A stretch of 64,000 nt of DNA from SAR86 cluster bacterium (lineage in GTDB: Bacteria > Pseudomonadota > Gammaproteobacteria > Magnimaribacterales > D2472), in NCBI GenBank assembly GCA_023703615.1, contig CP097971.1:918315-982314 (forward strand). The letters run 5' to 3'. Positions 47,804 to 57,940 of this stretch are shown here, one piece after another. A program made the translations under genes and the position numbers. The notes below the pieces were generated by a model. That model saw nothing but the letters and a program-made list of their open reading frames with translations, was not told the origin of the DNA and did no database searches. Every line of letters begins with the position of its first letter. The stretch's first letter is position 1.

Positions 47804-49270
47804 TTATAAATCTGTGAGTCTTTTAATATTTCTTAACAAACTAATTATTGGAGCTCTAATTGATTTATTTTCATAATAAAATTCTTTTGGCTCTATTTGA
47901 TCTAAATTTTTAAAGGAATTATTGCCAAAAGAAGAAAAATACACACCCCAAGCTAAAGCATCATCATAATTGCCAATTTCATTAGAATCAGAAAGAATGA
48001 AATTTTTTATATCATTATGTGATTTTGCAGTTTCAAAACATTTAAGGTCCTGAAACATGTTTCTTCCAACAAATAATACTGGCTTACCTCTTAAACATGA
48101 TTCAATAGAAATAGATGAACCAAAACCAATAACCTTTTGGCACTTATCAATTAATGAGTAACTACTAAAATCTGATTCAGGTCTTATATGAACAACGTTA
48201 TTGGGTGCATTTTTAATTATTTTATTTAGCCTTTCTTTTTCACCGCCATTAATATGTCTTGAGTTTGGATGCCATCTTACAACTAATATTGCACCACTAG
48301 GTATCGTTAAATCATCTTGTAGAAATTCAATACCATCATAGAAAGTTTTGCAAAAATCTTTTGATGTGTCATAGCCGGGGACTCCAGCAAATTCAGAGTA
48401 TGTCCCAGTAAAAACAGCAATAATTTTTTTATTTTTGTGCTTTTGAAAAAATTCAGTATCAACTTTATAATTCCTTGAAAATTGATAATACCCCAAGTAG
48501 TTTATTTCCTTATTTTCACTTTTATTTTCTTTCTTGCCACTTGCAACACTAAAAAATTTATTTCCTCTGTCAATAAGACTTTCTCTCTTAGTTGGATCTT
48601 TTAGATTATATTTTATTTTATCAAGCTCTTTTATGGCGCTAGGAACATCATGAACAGTCCCAACATTTTTTCTAACAAGAATTTTGTTATATCCCCCACC
48701 TGATATGAAGGTAAAATGATCAATGTTTAGTTTTTTAGCAGCATATACTGATGGACCATCGCAAGACCTTCTCCCATTCCAAATATATATTTCTTTTATA
48801 TTATTATCCTTTATATAATCCAATGTAAATTTATAGATTCTAATCGCATTTAGCATCAAGTCATTGATTCTTTTTTTGTGTATATTGGTATCAAAAAAGC
48901 TATCATTAAGTTCAGTAACAATTGTTGAATAAACCATATTGCCAATTGGTGCATCTTCATACTTATAGTTTTGTAATTCTTCTATTGAAGAAATATTAAA
49001 ATTTATCTTTACTGAAGAATCTAAATCAATATATGCCTTGATATACTTTTTATCCTTAAGAATTTTATTGTTTGTATAATAAGTTTGGGCTCTACATGCA
49101 GCGCATAAAAGGAGATTTTTTTTTGGATTTGCTGGACAGCCCAATAAATTTGATTTACACGAAATGAAATGAACCTTCTTTGATTTTTTAATATTTTGTA
49201 TAGCTAATTCTATGGCCTCAGCATGATGTGAAATCCAGAGAGGTGCTTCAGAAAATATTGCAATGTTCAA
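47804..49270 (-). CDS. GT-B-like glycosyltransferase with 'HP' motif (capsule-synthesis/sialyltransferase-like), N-terminal Cys cluster
   Basis: 'VVRWHPNS', 'GFGSSISIESCLRGKPVL' and N-terminal 'CKSNLLGCPANPKKNLLLCAAC'. Confidence 0.4.
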   Translation of the reverse strand: MNIAIFSEAPLWISHHAEAIELAIQNIKKSKKVHFISCKSNLLGCPANPKKNLLLCAACRAQTYYTNNKILKDKKYIKAYIDLDSSVKINFNISSIEELQNYKYEDAPIGNMVYSTIVTELNDSFFDTNIHKKRINDLMLNAIRIYKFTLDYIKDNNIKEIYIWNGRRSCDGPSVYAAKKLNIDHFTFISGGGYNKILVRKNVGTVHDVPSAIKELDKIKYNLKDPTKRESLIDRGNKFFSVASGKKENKSENKEINYLGYYQFSRNYKVDTEFFQKHKNKKIIAVFTGTYSEFAGVPGYDTSKDFCKTFYDGIEFLQDDLTIPSGAILVVRWHPNSRHINGGEKERLNKIIKNAPNNVVHIRPESDFSSYSLIDKCQKVIGFGSSISIESCLRGKPVLFVGRNMFQDLKCFETAKSHNDIKNFILSDSNEIGNYDDALAWGVYFSSFGNNSFKNLDQIEPKEFYYENKSIRAPIISLLRNIKRLTDL

Positions 49271-50799
49271 TTAGATACTCTCTCTATAATAGCATCTGCG
49301 ATGTTGTTCACCGCTATATCTTTATTTTTTGATGATATAAAAAATTCTAGATGATTGTTATTTAATGCGCCGTATATCAGCGATGTAGAAATATTTTCGA
49401 TGAATTTAAATAAATGACCTTCTATTTCTTTAGGTTTCATGTTCATATATTGATGTATGGCATTTTTAGTCGAATCTACATCAAATACATATTGAGAAGC
49501 ATTACAATCAGTATGCCAATTTTGTGAAAATATCAAAGAAGGCTTGCGATTTAATAAAGTTTCCCATCCAACTGATCCAGAAACGGTTGCAGTAATTTTT
49601 GAGCGAACAATTAACTCATTCTGAGGAAATTCTGAATCAATAAAAAAAACATTTTTAAGATTATTTATAGTTTTATAAAAATTAATGCTTCTCGCATGAA
49701 AGGTCCTTAAATCATACTTAAATTGCTTTGGGTGTTCTTTAACAATTATGCACCAATCATCTGGTATAGATTCTGAGATAATTTTTATCATTAACGATTG
49801 GTCATCGAAATAACCCCCTTCTGGATTTGTTGATCTTTCAGGCTGAAGATGAAGCGATACATAGATAAAATTTTTATTAGGAAGTTCTTTTAATGCAATT
49901 GAATTATAAAAGTTTTTAATGCTATTTATCTTGGACTGAAATTTAAGATGAGTTAAAAGAAACTCAAACCACGAAAAATAATTATATGCTGCAAATGTAC
50001 TTTTTTGCGAGGTATCTTGTGTTGCTTTTTTATGAATAGTCGGTTTGCCTTCCTTAATAATTCTTAAAGTTGTTAATAATCCAGAGAGGCCCAAAAGACC
50101 GGCAAAATCTTTGATTAATTTTTTAATAGGCGGAATTTTTTTATTCCAAGCGCCTCCGATTTGACCCTTTGTAAAGTTCATATCTCTTAAGTTAGCAAGT
50201 GATAATTTTTTTATCCTATCGTCATCATTGAGAGTTAATATATTTTTATTGTAGGTGTAATCTATATTAGTTTTACTAGGTCTGAAATCGTTATCAATAT
50301 ATAGATATCCTCCAATACCTGTTTTTCTTAGAAAAGTCGTTTCAATATCATTATGTTTTGCAAAGTAAAACAATAATATATCCCATGGCATATGAGGTAC
50401 ATTACAAAAAATAATTGAAGATACACCTTTCCTAAAATTAAAATAATTCTCATAAAAACCTAAAAGAGTCCAAAAATAATGAATTCTCTCATTGGTCGGC
50501 ATACCAAGAGGATCTATTCTGTCAAAACAAGTAAGAAAAGTTTGCAAACACTCTAAATATTGTGAATTCTTAGACTTATCTATAATTGATATTGAAAAAT
50601 CAATGTTTAAAGAATGCAAACCTGAGATTGAATAGAGTAAGTTAGCATCCAAATGTTCTAAGTCATTCAAACTGGAATATTTCTTTGGTAATGTGTGACT
50701 AATGAGATACTTGAATTTATCAGGTTTTTTTGAAACAAGATTTTCAGACACATTGCATAAATGTTTGTCACCCATGAAATCACATATTAAATAAGACAT
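49267..50799 (-). CDS. GT-B-like glycosyltransferase with 'HP' motif (capsule-synthesis/sialyltransferase-like)
   Basis: 'VSLHLQPERSTNPEGG', 'IVKEHPKQ' and 'ATVSGSVGWETLLNRKPSL'. Confidence 0.4.
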   Translation of the reverse strand: MSYLICDFMGDKHLCNVSENLVSKKPDKFKYLISHTLPKKYSSLNDLEHLDANLLYSISGLHSLNIDFSISIIDKSKNSQYLECLQTFLTCFDRIDPLGMPTNERIHYFWTLLGFYENYFNFRKGVSSIIFCNVPHMPWDILLFYFAKHNDIETTFLRKTGIGGYLYIDNDFRPSKTNIDYTYNKNILTLNDDDRIKKLSLANLRDMNFTKGQIGGAWNKKIPPIKKLIKDFAGLLGLSGLLTTLRIIKEGKPTIHKKATQDTSQKSTFAAYNYFSWFEFLLTHLKFQSKINSIKNFYNSIALKELPNKNFIYVSLHLQPERSTNPEGGYFDDQSLMIKIISESIPDDWCIIVKEHPKQFKYDLRTFHARSINFYKTINNLKNVFFIDSEFPQNELIVRSKITATVSGSVGWETLLNRKPSLIFSQNWHTDCNASQYVFDVDSTKNAIHQYMNMKPKEIEGHLFKFIENISTSLIYGALNNNHLEFFISSKNKDIAVNNIADAIIERVSN

Positions 50800-50801
50800 T
50801 T

Positions 50802-51692
50802 TTAGTTACTCTTTTTATAAGCAATAGCGAAAAGGGTATCTGATGTTTTGTTTTTTTCGTGCCAATTACAATAAGATTTATTTAAATCAGAGTCATATCT
50901 CGATGCATATTTTATATGTCCGCCAGGCTTTCTATCATTAAGCCAACCAAAATGATTCTGAAATCCATATCTTTGAATAAATGAGATATCGATGTTCTTG
51001 AAACCAGAGGCACTAATAATCTTTTCTAATGAATCTTCAGTATGGAGAACTAGATGCTCATTCCAAAATGTAAAATCTCTAAACTCAGGCAGATTAACAT
51101 TTTTAATTAAAAAATCGTTTGCATGAGGAACTTCTATAACAAGCATAGCCCCTGGACACATTTTATCATGCAAGATTTTAAGAAAATCAATTTGATTCGG
51201 TATATGCTCTAAAACATGAAACATGGTTAAGATATCAGGTTTATCTTCAACGAATTTTACGTCTTTATGAACTTTTACGCCTAAGTTGTTTTCTACATAT
51301 TTAACTGCAGCTAAATTTAATTCAGCTCCTTCTATTTTTTTTGAAGCCTCTTTAGCAAGATTAAGAAAGCCGCCCCATTCAGAACCAACATCCAGAATAT
51401 ACTCTGAATTTTTTATAAATCCTTTTAAATATTCAAATCTTCTAAGATCATCTTCAAAATATCCATTCTGATTAAAATAGGAATCAAAACCTGCTGCTCC
51501 AGGAGACTCAATATAGTGATCTTCAATGATATTGAATTTTTCTAGAAAAATTACTCCAGATGATTCATCGATGAGAACATTAAAACTACCATCTCTTGTT
51601 TTATCATGAAGTAATTTAATTGTATTTGGATTAATAGCCTTAACATTTTCAAGGTCACTAAATACAGGATTTGTTATGTTAAAATTTTTCAT
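50802..51692 (-). CDS. class I SAM-dependent methyltransferase
   Basis: 'ILDVGSEWGGFL' (motif I), 'PDILTMFHVLEHIPN' and 'MCPGAMLVIEVP'. Confidence 0.75.
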   Translation of the reverse strand: MKNFNITNPVFSDLENVKAINPNTIKLLHDKTRDGSFNVLIDESSGVIFLEKFNIIEDHYIESPGAAGFDSYFNQNGYFEDDLRRFEYLKGFIKNSEYILDVGSEWGGFLNLAKEASKKIEGAELNLAAVKYVENNLGVKVHKDVKFVEDKPDILTMFHVLEHIPNQIDFLKILHDKMCPGAMLVIEVPHANDFLIKNVNLPEFRDFTFWNEHLVLHTEDSLEKIISASGFKNIDISFIQRYGFQNHFGWLNDRKPGGHIKYASRYDSDLNKSYCNWHEKNKTSDTLFAIAYKKSN

Positions 51693-52770
51693 CTTTAATT
51701 GAATTATACTCTTCCTGATTGCCTATATCTTTCCAATCTTCATGCATTGGGTACGCAATAGTCCTTAAGCGATCTTTTTTCATATCTAAAAATAAATTTG
51801 GCATATCCTTCCTTGATCCGTCAAGATAATTAAAAATGCCAGGATTAAGCATATAAATTCCAGTATTTATGTAACTAACGTATACTGGTTTTTCTTCAAA
51901 ACCAATAATATCTAGATCATGAGTACTAACCACACCAAAATCACTTTGTACTTCATGCGGTCTCACAACCATCGTTGCATCTGATCTTTGTTTTAGATGG
52001 AAAGAAATTAATCCTTCAAAGTTTACAGAGGTTATTATGTCTCCATTCATAACCAATAATGGCCCATTCACTTTGTTTCTTAGATGGTATAAGCATCCTG
52101 CAGTTCCAAGTGGTTTATTTTCTTCAACATACGTTATTTCAACATCAAGAATTGACCCGTCTTTGAAGTAGTCTTTAATGTGATTCGCAAGATAATTTAC
52201 AGAAATAAATATTTTGTTATAACCATACTTTTTTAAGTTATTAATTATTATTTCAAGCATTGGTTTGTTATTTATTAAAAGCATTGGTTTAGGACAGTTT
52301 TTGGTTAAAGGCATAAGTCTTTTTCCCATGCCCCCTGCCATTATTAGTGCAGACCTTTCAATATTGTTGTCTATGCTTTCTTTATTTTCAAAATTATTAA
52401 TTTTAAAAACTAGTTCTACTATCCTACCTTTTTTATCTAATATCGGCAGTGAAGACACTTGGTGTTTGTTTATGTAATCTATGCACTCTTTATCTGAAGT
52501 CACTTTATTTAGAAATTTCGGAGTTGCTTGCATTGCTTCACAAACACTTGACTTTACATCAAACCCACCCAAGAGAGATCTCCTAATATCTCCATCAGTT
52601 ATTGATCCACAAAGTTTAAAATCATCTTTTGATACCACATAAACAATTTTTTTGTTTTTATTTAGGGTTTTAATTGCATCAATTATTTTTTTATCTTCAG
52701 TGATAAGAAAATCTTTAGTTGGTAAGTCTTCAACTGAGATCCTTGATAAAGATGACATTATTGAAACCAT
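51679..52770 (-). CDS. CBS-pair + sugar-1-phosphate nucleotidyltransferase fusion (PtmE-like architecture)
   Basis: N-terminal CBS pair ('CGSITDGDIRRSLLGG'), then 'ALIMAGGMGKRLMPLTKNCPKPML'. Confidence 0.8.
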   Translation of the reverse strand: MVSIMSSLSRISVEDLPTKDFLITEDKKIIDAIKTLNKNKKIVYVVSKDDFKLCGSITDGDIRRSLLGGFDVKSSVCEAMQATPKFLNKVTSDKECIDYINKHQVSSLPILDKKGRIVELVFKINNFENKESIDNNIERSALIMAGGMGKRLMPLTKNCPKPMLLINNKPMLEIIINNLKKYGYNKIFISVNYLANHIKDYFKDGSILDVEITYVEENKPLGTAGCLYHLRNKVNGPLLVMNGDIITSVNFEGLISFHLKQRSDATMVVRPHEVQSDFGVVSTHDLDIIGFEEKPVYVSYINTGIYMLNPGIFNYLDGSRKDMPNLFLDMKKDRLRTIAYPMHEDWKDIGNQEEYNSIKDEKF

Positions 52771-53969
52771 CCATCCTTGACATTACCTTTCAAAGTCATT
52801 TTTTTTCTGATGAGGTCCTGATTCAAATCAATTTCTGCTAAGACTTTTGCAATTTTTGGTCCTGCATCTCCCATCCAGTATGGATTGTCTCCTTTTCGAC
52901 ATAAATCCCTAAAATTTTCATCAAAAAGGCATTTTTTAATAGCTTCCTGTAAATCAGATGAAGAATAATTACAATCAATAACATTGACACCCCTTAATCT
53001 TCCATCCTGTCTTGAGCCAATATTTACGGTTGGGCATGAAAAGGCTGGCGTTTCTTTTAAACCAGAAGAAGAGTTACCCACACAGGCAACTCTAACACCT
53101 TGTTCAGATAAAGATAATATTCCATGGTATAAATATCTTCCTAAAGATCTATGGACTTGGATGTTGCTATTAGATGATTCTGAGAATTCATTAATTCTTT
53201 GAATAATTTGTTTTCCTCCAGCATCATTATTTGGATAAGTAATTATAATTTGAATGTCTTCATTAGAAAGTCTAGCTAGTCCTTCGAGGCATGGATTTAT
53301 CTGATCAACAGATTGATCAAACTCTGTAGTGACAGAGTGTTGTGTAAATAAGATAATTGGTTTATTTAAATCAAGATCAAGCTCTGAAACTATTTCATCT
53401 TTGGTAGCAAAATTGTTCTCAGATATTAAATCAATAGCAGGAAATCCAACGGTGTGAACTCTCCATTCCTCTTCTCCAAGACCCAAAATTCTATTGGATG
53501 CTTCTTGGTTGGTTGTAAAGTGAATATGAGATAATTTTGTCATTGCATGCCTTACAGAATCATCAAGAGCACCTCCCTCTGTGATATCACCACCTTCAAT
53601 GTGCGCAGTAGGTATATTCATTTGAGAGGATGCTATAACAGCTGCCAACCCTTCAAATCTATCTGCATAGACAACCATAATATCTGGTTTCATTTTTGCT
53701 AATACCTTGCTAATTTCTAATATGCCAGATCCTATTGCTTGGGCAGTTGCAAATAATGTTTTTGCATCCATCTCAATTTTTATTTCAGCATCTATTTCGA
53801 ACCCATCTGAACGTATTTCTTGCAAAGTTTTTCCAAAGTTTTTATCCAAATGAGCTCCAGATACCAATAACTTATGTTCGAGATCAGGATGTTTTTTTAC
53901 CGCTCTAAGAATCGGAAACTGAAGTCCGTATTCAGCCCTGTTGCCTGTAAAAATTGCTATTTTGCGCAT
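52758..53969 (-). CDS. neuC: hydrolysing NDP-N-acetylhexosamine 2-epimerase (NeuC/LegG family)
   Basis: 'RKIAIFTGNRAEYGLQFPILRAV', 'RHAMTKLSHIHF' and 'VGNSSSGLKE'. The symbol is family-level only. Confidence 0.85.
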   Translation of the reverse strand: MRKIAIFTGNRAEYGLQFPILRAVKKHPDLEHKLLVSGAHLDKNFGKTLQEIRSDGFEIDAEIKIEMDAKTLFATAQAIGSGILEISKVLAKMKPDIMVVYADRFEGLAAVIASSQMNIPTAHIEGGDITEGGALDDSVRHAMTKLSHIHFTTNQEASNRILGLGEEEWRVHTVGFPAIDLISENNFATKDEIVSELDLDLNKPIILFTQHSVTTEFDQSVDQINPCLEGLARLSNEDIQIIITYPNNDAGGKQIIQRINEFSESSNSNIQVHRSLGRYLYHGILSLSEQGVRVACVGNSSSGLKETPAFSCPTVNIGSRQDGRLRGVNVIDCNYSSSDLQEAIKKCLFDENFRDLCRKGDNPYWMGDAGPKIAKVLAEIDLNQDLIRKKMTLKGNVKDGWFQ

Positions 53970-53982
53970 GAGTGTTTTGCAA

Positions 53983-54798
53983 TTAAGTGTAAATTTTATC
54001 TATTATATCTTTAAATACATTGTCAGGCATCCAATTAAAATCTTTATTAGCCTTTTTTATAGATAAAATATTGCATGAAAGATGATCTATTTTTTTTGTC
54101 TCTATAATCTTTTCAAATTTATGATCAAATTTTGTGTTTAGTGTATTAATTATTTCATGAACTGATGTTCCAAATCCTGATCCAACATTATAAATAGTAT
54201 TCTTGGTTCTCCCTGACAGAATAACTAACTCTATAAATTTACTTACATCATTTACATGAATGTAGTCTCTAATTGAAGTTGTATTTAAGATTGTTAAATC
54301 TTGATTTTTATTGTCTATAAATTTTTTTATATGCCCCAAAACATTTTTTTTATGCATTCCTTTGCCGATAACATTTGATAGTCTTAAAACCATACCTCCA
54401 TTTTTAAGAACAGTTTTCTCATTTATTAACTTAAGTTTTGAGTAAGGGTCATTACAAAAAACTTTACTATCTTCATCATAAGGGGTAATTGATTTGTCAC
54501 CATAAACAGATCCTGATGAAAAATATATCAACTTATTCTTCAGTACTTTGGATAAATTTTCTATATTTTGTTTTAACTTTTTACATAATTGATCATCGTA
54601 AATATGTTTTAAAGAGGGTTCGGATAGATGAATAAAAAATGAACATTCATCAATAAAATCATTTGTATCTAAATCAAAGCTAGATTTATCTTGAGCAAAA
54701 AAATGTTTTATCTCAAATTTTTTTTTTAAATGGCGGTCAAAATTAGATCCAAGAAATCCTGATGAGCCTGATATATAGATTTTCAATTTCTTCACCAA
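53983..54798 (-). CDS. short NAD(P)-dependent epimerase/reductase (SDR)
   Basis: 'IYISGSSGFLGSNF' and 'YSKLKLINE' (YxxxK). 271 aa. Confidence 0.7.
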   Translation of the reverse strand: MVKKLKIYISGSSGFLGSNFDRHLKKKFEIKHFFAQDKSSFDLDTNDFIDECSFFIHLSEPSLKHIYDDQLCKKLKQNIENLSKVLKNKLIYFSSGSVYGDKSITPYDEDSKVFCNDPYSKLKLINEKTVLKNGGMVLRLSNVIGKGMHKKNVLGHIKKFIDNKNQDLTILNTTSIRDYIHVNDVSKFIELVILSGRTKNTIYNVGSGFGTSVHEIINTLNTKFDHKFEKIIETKKIDHLSCNILSIKKANKDFNWMPDNVFKDIIDKIYT

Positions 54799-55841
54799 AT
54801 AACATCTTCTTTTTCAATATGATGATCTTTTGTAAAGTCATTAACTGCAAGCTTTCCAAGTACATCATTATATCTATCAGCTTTCATACCTTTATTGCCT
54901 GGTCTTTTGACCCAAATATTTTCTTTTGTAAACTTTTCGCCTTTCTTAATGGGCTTTATTGTGACAATTGTAGAAAATGCAAAATCCATTGTAACCTGCT
55001 CTTCTTTTACTGGGCCTTTTGTTCCTCCTCTTTCTTCAAATAAAAGATTGGCTCCAAAAATTAAATCTTTTAAAGCAGATGGATCCATTGAGCATACAAT
55101 ATCCGGTCCTTCTCTTGTCATTGTATCCGTAAAATGTTTTTCAAGAATAGATGCACCAAGTGCAACAGCGCCAAAACATGAATGATTTGTTGTTGTGTGG
55201 TCTGATAAACCATAAACAATTCCAGGAAACTTTTGAGAAATCTCTTGCATTGCTCCAAGTCTTACTAATCTTGGTGGAGTGGGATATAAATTTGTTGTAT
55301 GTAAAACAGCATACTCAATACCTGCATCTTCAAAAATTTTTATTGATTTTTCAACTTCCTTCATTGTATTCATGCCAGTGCTTAAAATTATTGGTTTTTT
55401 AAAGCTTGCGATGTACTCTAACAAAGGATAGTTGTTGCATTCTCCTGAGCCTATTTTAAATGCAGGCACTTTCATTTTGATTAATCTATCTACAGCTGCT
55501 CTTGAAAAGGGAGTACTAATAAATATCATTCCTTTATCTTCAATATATTCTTTTAATGCGAACTCCTCATCTTCAGATAAAGCGCAATCTTCCATGATTT
55601 TATATATAGATTTATCACTATTGCCAGGAATGACCTTTTTTGCCTGTGCGGACATTTCATCTGAAATAATGTGAGTTTGATGTTTGATAACTTCGACCCC
55701 AGTAGCCGCAGCAGCATTAACTATCTTATATGCCTCTTCTAAAGATCCATTATGGTTAATTCCCAACTCTGCAATAACTAGTGGTTTATGATTTATGCTT
55801 ACTTTTCTATCTAAAATATTAACTTCTCGTATTTTTGTCAT
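54792..55841 (-). CDS. neuB: nonulosonic acid synthase, NeuB family (copy 1) with C-terminal SAF domain
   Basis: 'IAELGINHNGSLEEAYKIVNAAAATGVEVIKHQTH', 'LSDHT' and SAF 'IKPIKKGEKFTKENIWVKRPG'. Substrate (Neu/Leg/Pse) not resolvable. Confidence 0.9.
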   Translation of the reverse strand: MTKIREVNILDRKVSINHKPLVIAELGINHNGSLEEAYKIVNAAAATGVEVIKHQTHIISDEMSAQAKKVIPGNSDKSIYKIMEDCALSEDEEFALKEYIEDKGMIFISTPFSRAAVDRLIKMKVPAFKIGSGECNNYPLLEYIASFKKPIILSTGMNTMKEVEKSIKIFEDAGIEYAVLHTTNLYPTPPRLVRLGAMQEISQKFPGIVYGLSDHTTTNHSCFGAVALGASILEKHFTDTMTREGPDIVCSMDPSALKDLIFGANLLFEERGGTKGPVKEEQVTMDFAFSTIVTIKPIKKGEKFTKENIWVKRPGNKGMKADRYNDVLGKLAVNDFTKDHHIEKEDVIW

Positions 55842-56541
55842 TGTCTTGTTTCCATAATTTATTGTTTGAATAATATCTAGCTAACTCTAAATCATGATGT
55901 GTGTCTATATCAAGACATTCGATATCATTATTTAGAATATATGGTATTGTTTGATCTGTAAAAAAAGATTTATTTTGAATTAATGCTTTTTTGTATGTTA
56001 AGTAGATATTGCCATTTACAACATATGCAGGATCTAAGTCTTGTGATCTTGTATTAAGACCATGATCCTCAAGATAAGTTTCAAGATACTCATTTGAATA
56101 CTTAAATGTCCATTTGGGATGAGAGTGAGTTAAATTAACACTTATTACACTTTTACAATTCTTGTTTATTAATAGATCAATAGCTTTCAATATTGAGGAT
56201 TTTTTTCTAAAGGGGGATGTGGGTTGTAATAATAAAATTGCATCAACCTCATTTATATTAGATTCATACCAATTTAATGCATGAATCACAACATCTACAC
56301 TTGAAGCCTCATCAGATGAAAGATTTTTTGGTCTAACAAATGGAGCAAGCAATCCCAGATCCTTTGAATGATTTATGATTTCTTTTGAATCAGAAGTTAC
56401 AATTGTATCGACCACATGATCAATATTTCTTACAACGATTGAAGCTCTTTCAATTAATGATTGTCCATTAATGTATTCTAAATTTTTTTTTGGTAATCTT
56501 TTTGAGCCGCCTCTTGCTGGAATTACACATAAAATTTTCAT
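55819..56541 (-). CDS. neuA: CMP-nonulosonic acid synthetase (acylneuraminate cytidylyltransferase family)
   Basis: 'ILCVIPARGGSKRLPKKN' and 'LLQPTSPFR'. The symbol is family-level only. Confidence 0.85.
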   Translation of the reverse strand: MKILCVIPARGGSKRLPKKNLEYINGQSLIERASIVVRNIDHVVDTIVTSDSKEIINHSKDLGLLAPFVRPKNLSSDEASSVDVVIHALNWYESNINEVDAILLLQPTSPFRKKSSILKAIDLLINKNCKSVISVNLTHSHPKWTFKYSNEYLETYLEDHGLNTRSQDLDPAYVVNGNIYLTYKKALIQNKSFFTDQTIPYILNNDIECLDIDTHHDLELARYYSNNKLWKQDNDKNTRS

Positions 56542-57173
56542 GATATAAAAGCCTTAAGAATTTCTAGTCCCGCTTCTCCACTTTTCTCAGGATGAAACTG
56601 GGTTCCAAAGATATTATCTTTTTTTATTGCAGCGATAATCTTTGCATCGTAGTAATCTAAAGTACATAATTCAATATTTTTATTCTCAGGCTGAACACCA
56701 TATGAATGAGCAAAATACATATGCTTATCTGAAACCTTATTAATTATTTTTGAAAATTCTGTTTCTTCAGATAATGTCCATACTATCTTATACCAACCCA
56801 TTACAGGTATTTTATAATCATCTGCAAAATCACAAAAATTTTCTAACGGAAGTATTTTTCCTTTAAGAATTCCTAAACCGATGTTTTTTCCACCCTCATC
56901 TCCATGTTCAAAAAATAATTGAAGTCCCAAGCAAATGCCAAGAATTTTTTTATTGCTGTTTGCAGCTTCAATAAGGGCCTCAAATAAACCAGTTCTCTTC
57001 ATATGTCTCACTGCAACAGAAAAAGATCCCATACCTGGAACAATAATATATCTTATTCCATCAAGATCACTTTTTTTACTGGCAAGAACAGGCTCGCAAT
57101 TTATTGCCTTAATAGCTCTAAATATATTCTTTTGATTGCCTGCTCCGTAATCTATTACAGCAACTTTTTTCAT
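56538..57173 (-). CDS. hisH: HisH-like glutamine amidotransferase (glycan-cluster paralogue)
   Basis: 'VAVIDYGAGNQKNI', 'GICLGLQLFF' and 'FGTQFHPEKS'. Confidence 0.85.
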   Translation of the reverse strand: MKKVAVIDYGAGNQKNIFRAIKAINCEPVLASKKSDLDGIRYIIVPGMGSFSVAVRHMKRTGLFEALIEAANSNKKILGICLGLQLFFEHGDEGGKNIGLGILKGKILPLENFCDFADDYKIPVMGWYKIVWTLSEETEFSKIINKVSDKHMYFAHSYGVQPENKNIELCTLDYYDAKIIAAIKKDNIFGTQFHPEKSGEAGLEILKAFIS

Positions 57174-57176
57174 TTC

Positions 57177-57935
57177 TTATCGGACATTGATTGAATTTTG
57201 TCTTGACCAAGATTTAATATCACTTATTTTGCCTCTTTTATAATGCAGATAATCAGCAATTCCAATACCTTGGACGTTATAAACAGAAACTAATTCATGA
57301 ATATTCTTTGGATTATTAAACCCGCCACAAAAAATTACTGGTACATTAGCAACTTTTATGTAGTTTGCTAGCTTTAAGTCAAAACCCTTTTTTGTTCCCT
57401 CATTATCAACAGAAGTTATAAAGATTTCTCCAACTCCTTTATCTTGTAGTATTCCCATCCATTCATTAATTTCAATTCCTGTATTTTCTCTTCCAGATTC
57501 AGTAACAATTTCCCATCTATCATCATTTATGCATTTTGCTTCAATTGAGCCAACTACAGATTGACTTCCGAAAAGTTCAGCAAGTTTTTCTATAAGTTTG
57601 GGGTTTCTTACAAAAGCTGTATTTAAGGCAACTTTATCAGCTCCTTTTTTGAAAAGATAAACTGCATCTTCAACAGACCTTATTCCTCCTCCAACAGTAA
57701 CGGGAATAAAAACTTCGTCAGTAATAAGTTCTAGGAAATCACCTAAATGATTTTGATCATATAGGCTTGCTACAGCATCATGAAAAAAAAGCTCGTCGGC
57801 ACCATTTTTATAATATCTAATTGCTGACTCAAATGGATCACCTACAATACGAAGTCCTTCCAATTTTATACCTTTAATTAATTTACCAGACTTTATATCA
57901 AGCCTAGGAATAATACGAATATTAGATTTTGACAC
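57177..57935 (-). CDS. hisF: HisF-like cyclase subunit (glycan-cluster paralogue)
   Basis: 'IIPRLDIKSGKLIKG', 'GADELFFHD' and 'VGGGIRS'. Confidence 0.85.
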   Translation of the reverse strand: MSKSNIRIIPRLDIKSGKLIKGIKLEGLRIVGDPFESAIRYYKNGADELFFHDAVASLYDQNHLGDFLELITDEVFIPVTVGGGIRSVEDAVYLFKKGADKVALNTAFVRNPKLIEKLAELFGSQSVVGSIEAKCINDDRWEIVTESGRENTGIEINEWMGILQDKGVGEIFITSVDNEGTKKGFDLKLANYIKVANVPVIFCGGFNNPKNIHELVSVYNVQGIGIADYLHYKRGKISDIKSWSRQNSINVR

Positions 57936-57940
57936 TTTTA

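Noticed and set aside
56538-57935. hisH/hisF as evidence of a histidine biosynthesis operon.
   Set aside because: No other his genes are adjacent. The pair is sandwiched between a WbpG-type amidotransferase and a CMP-NulO synthetase, the known context of glycan-modifying paralogues.
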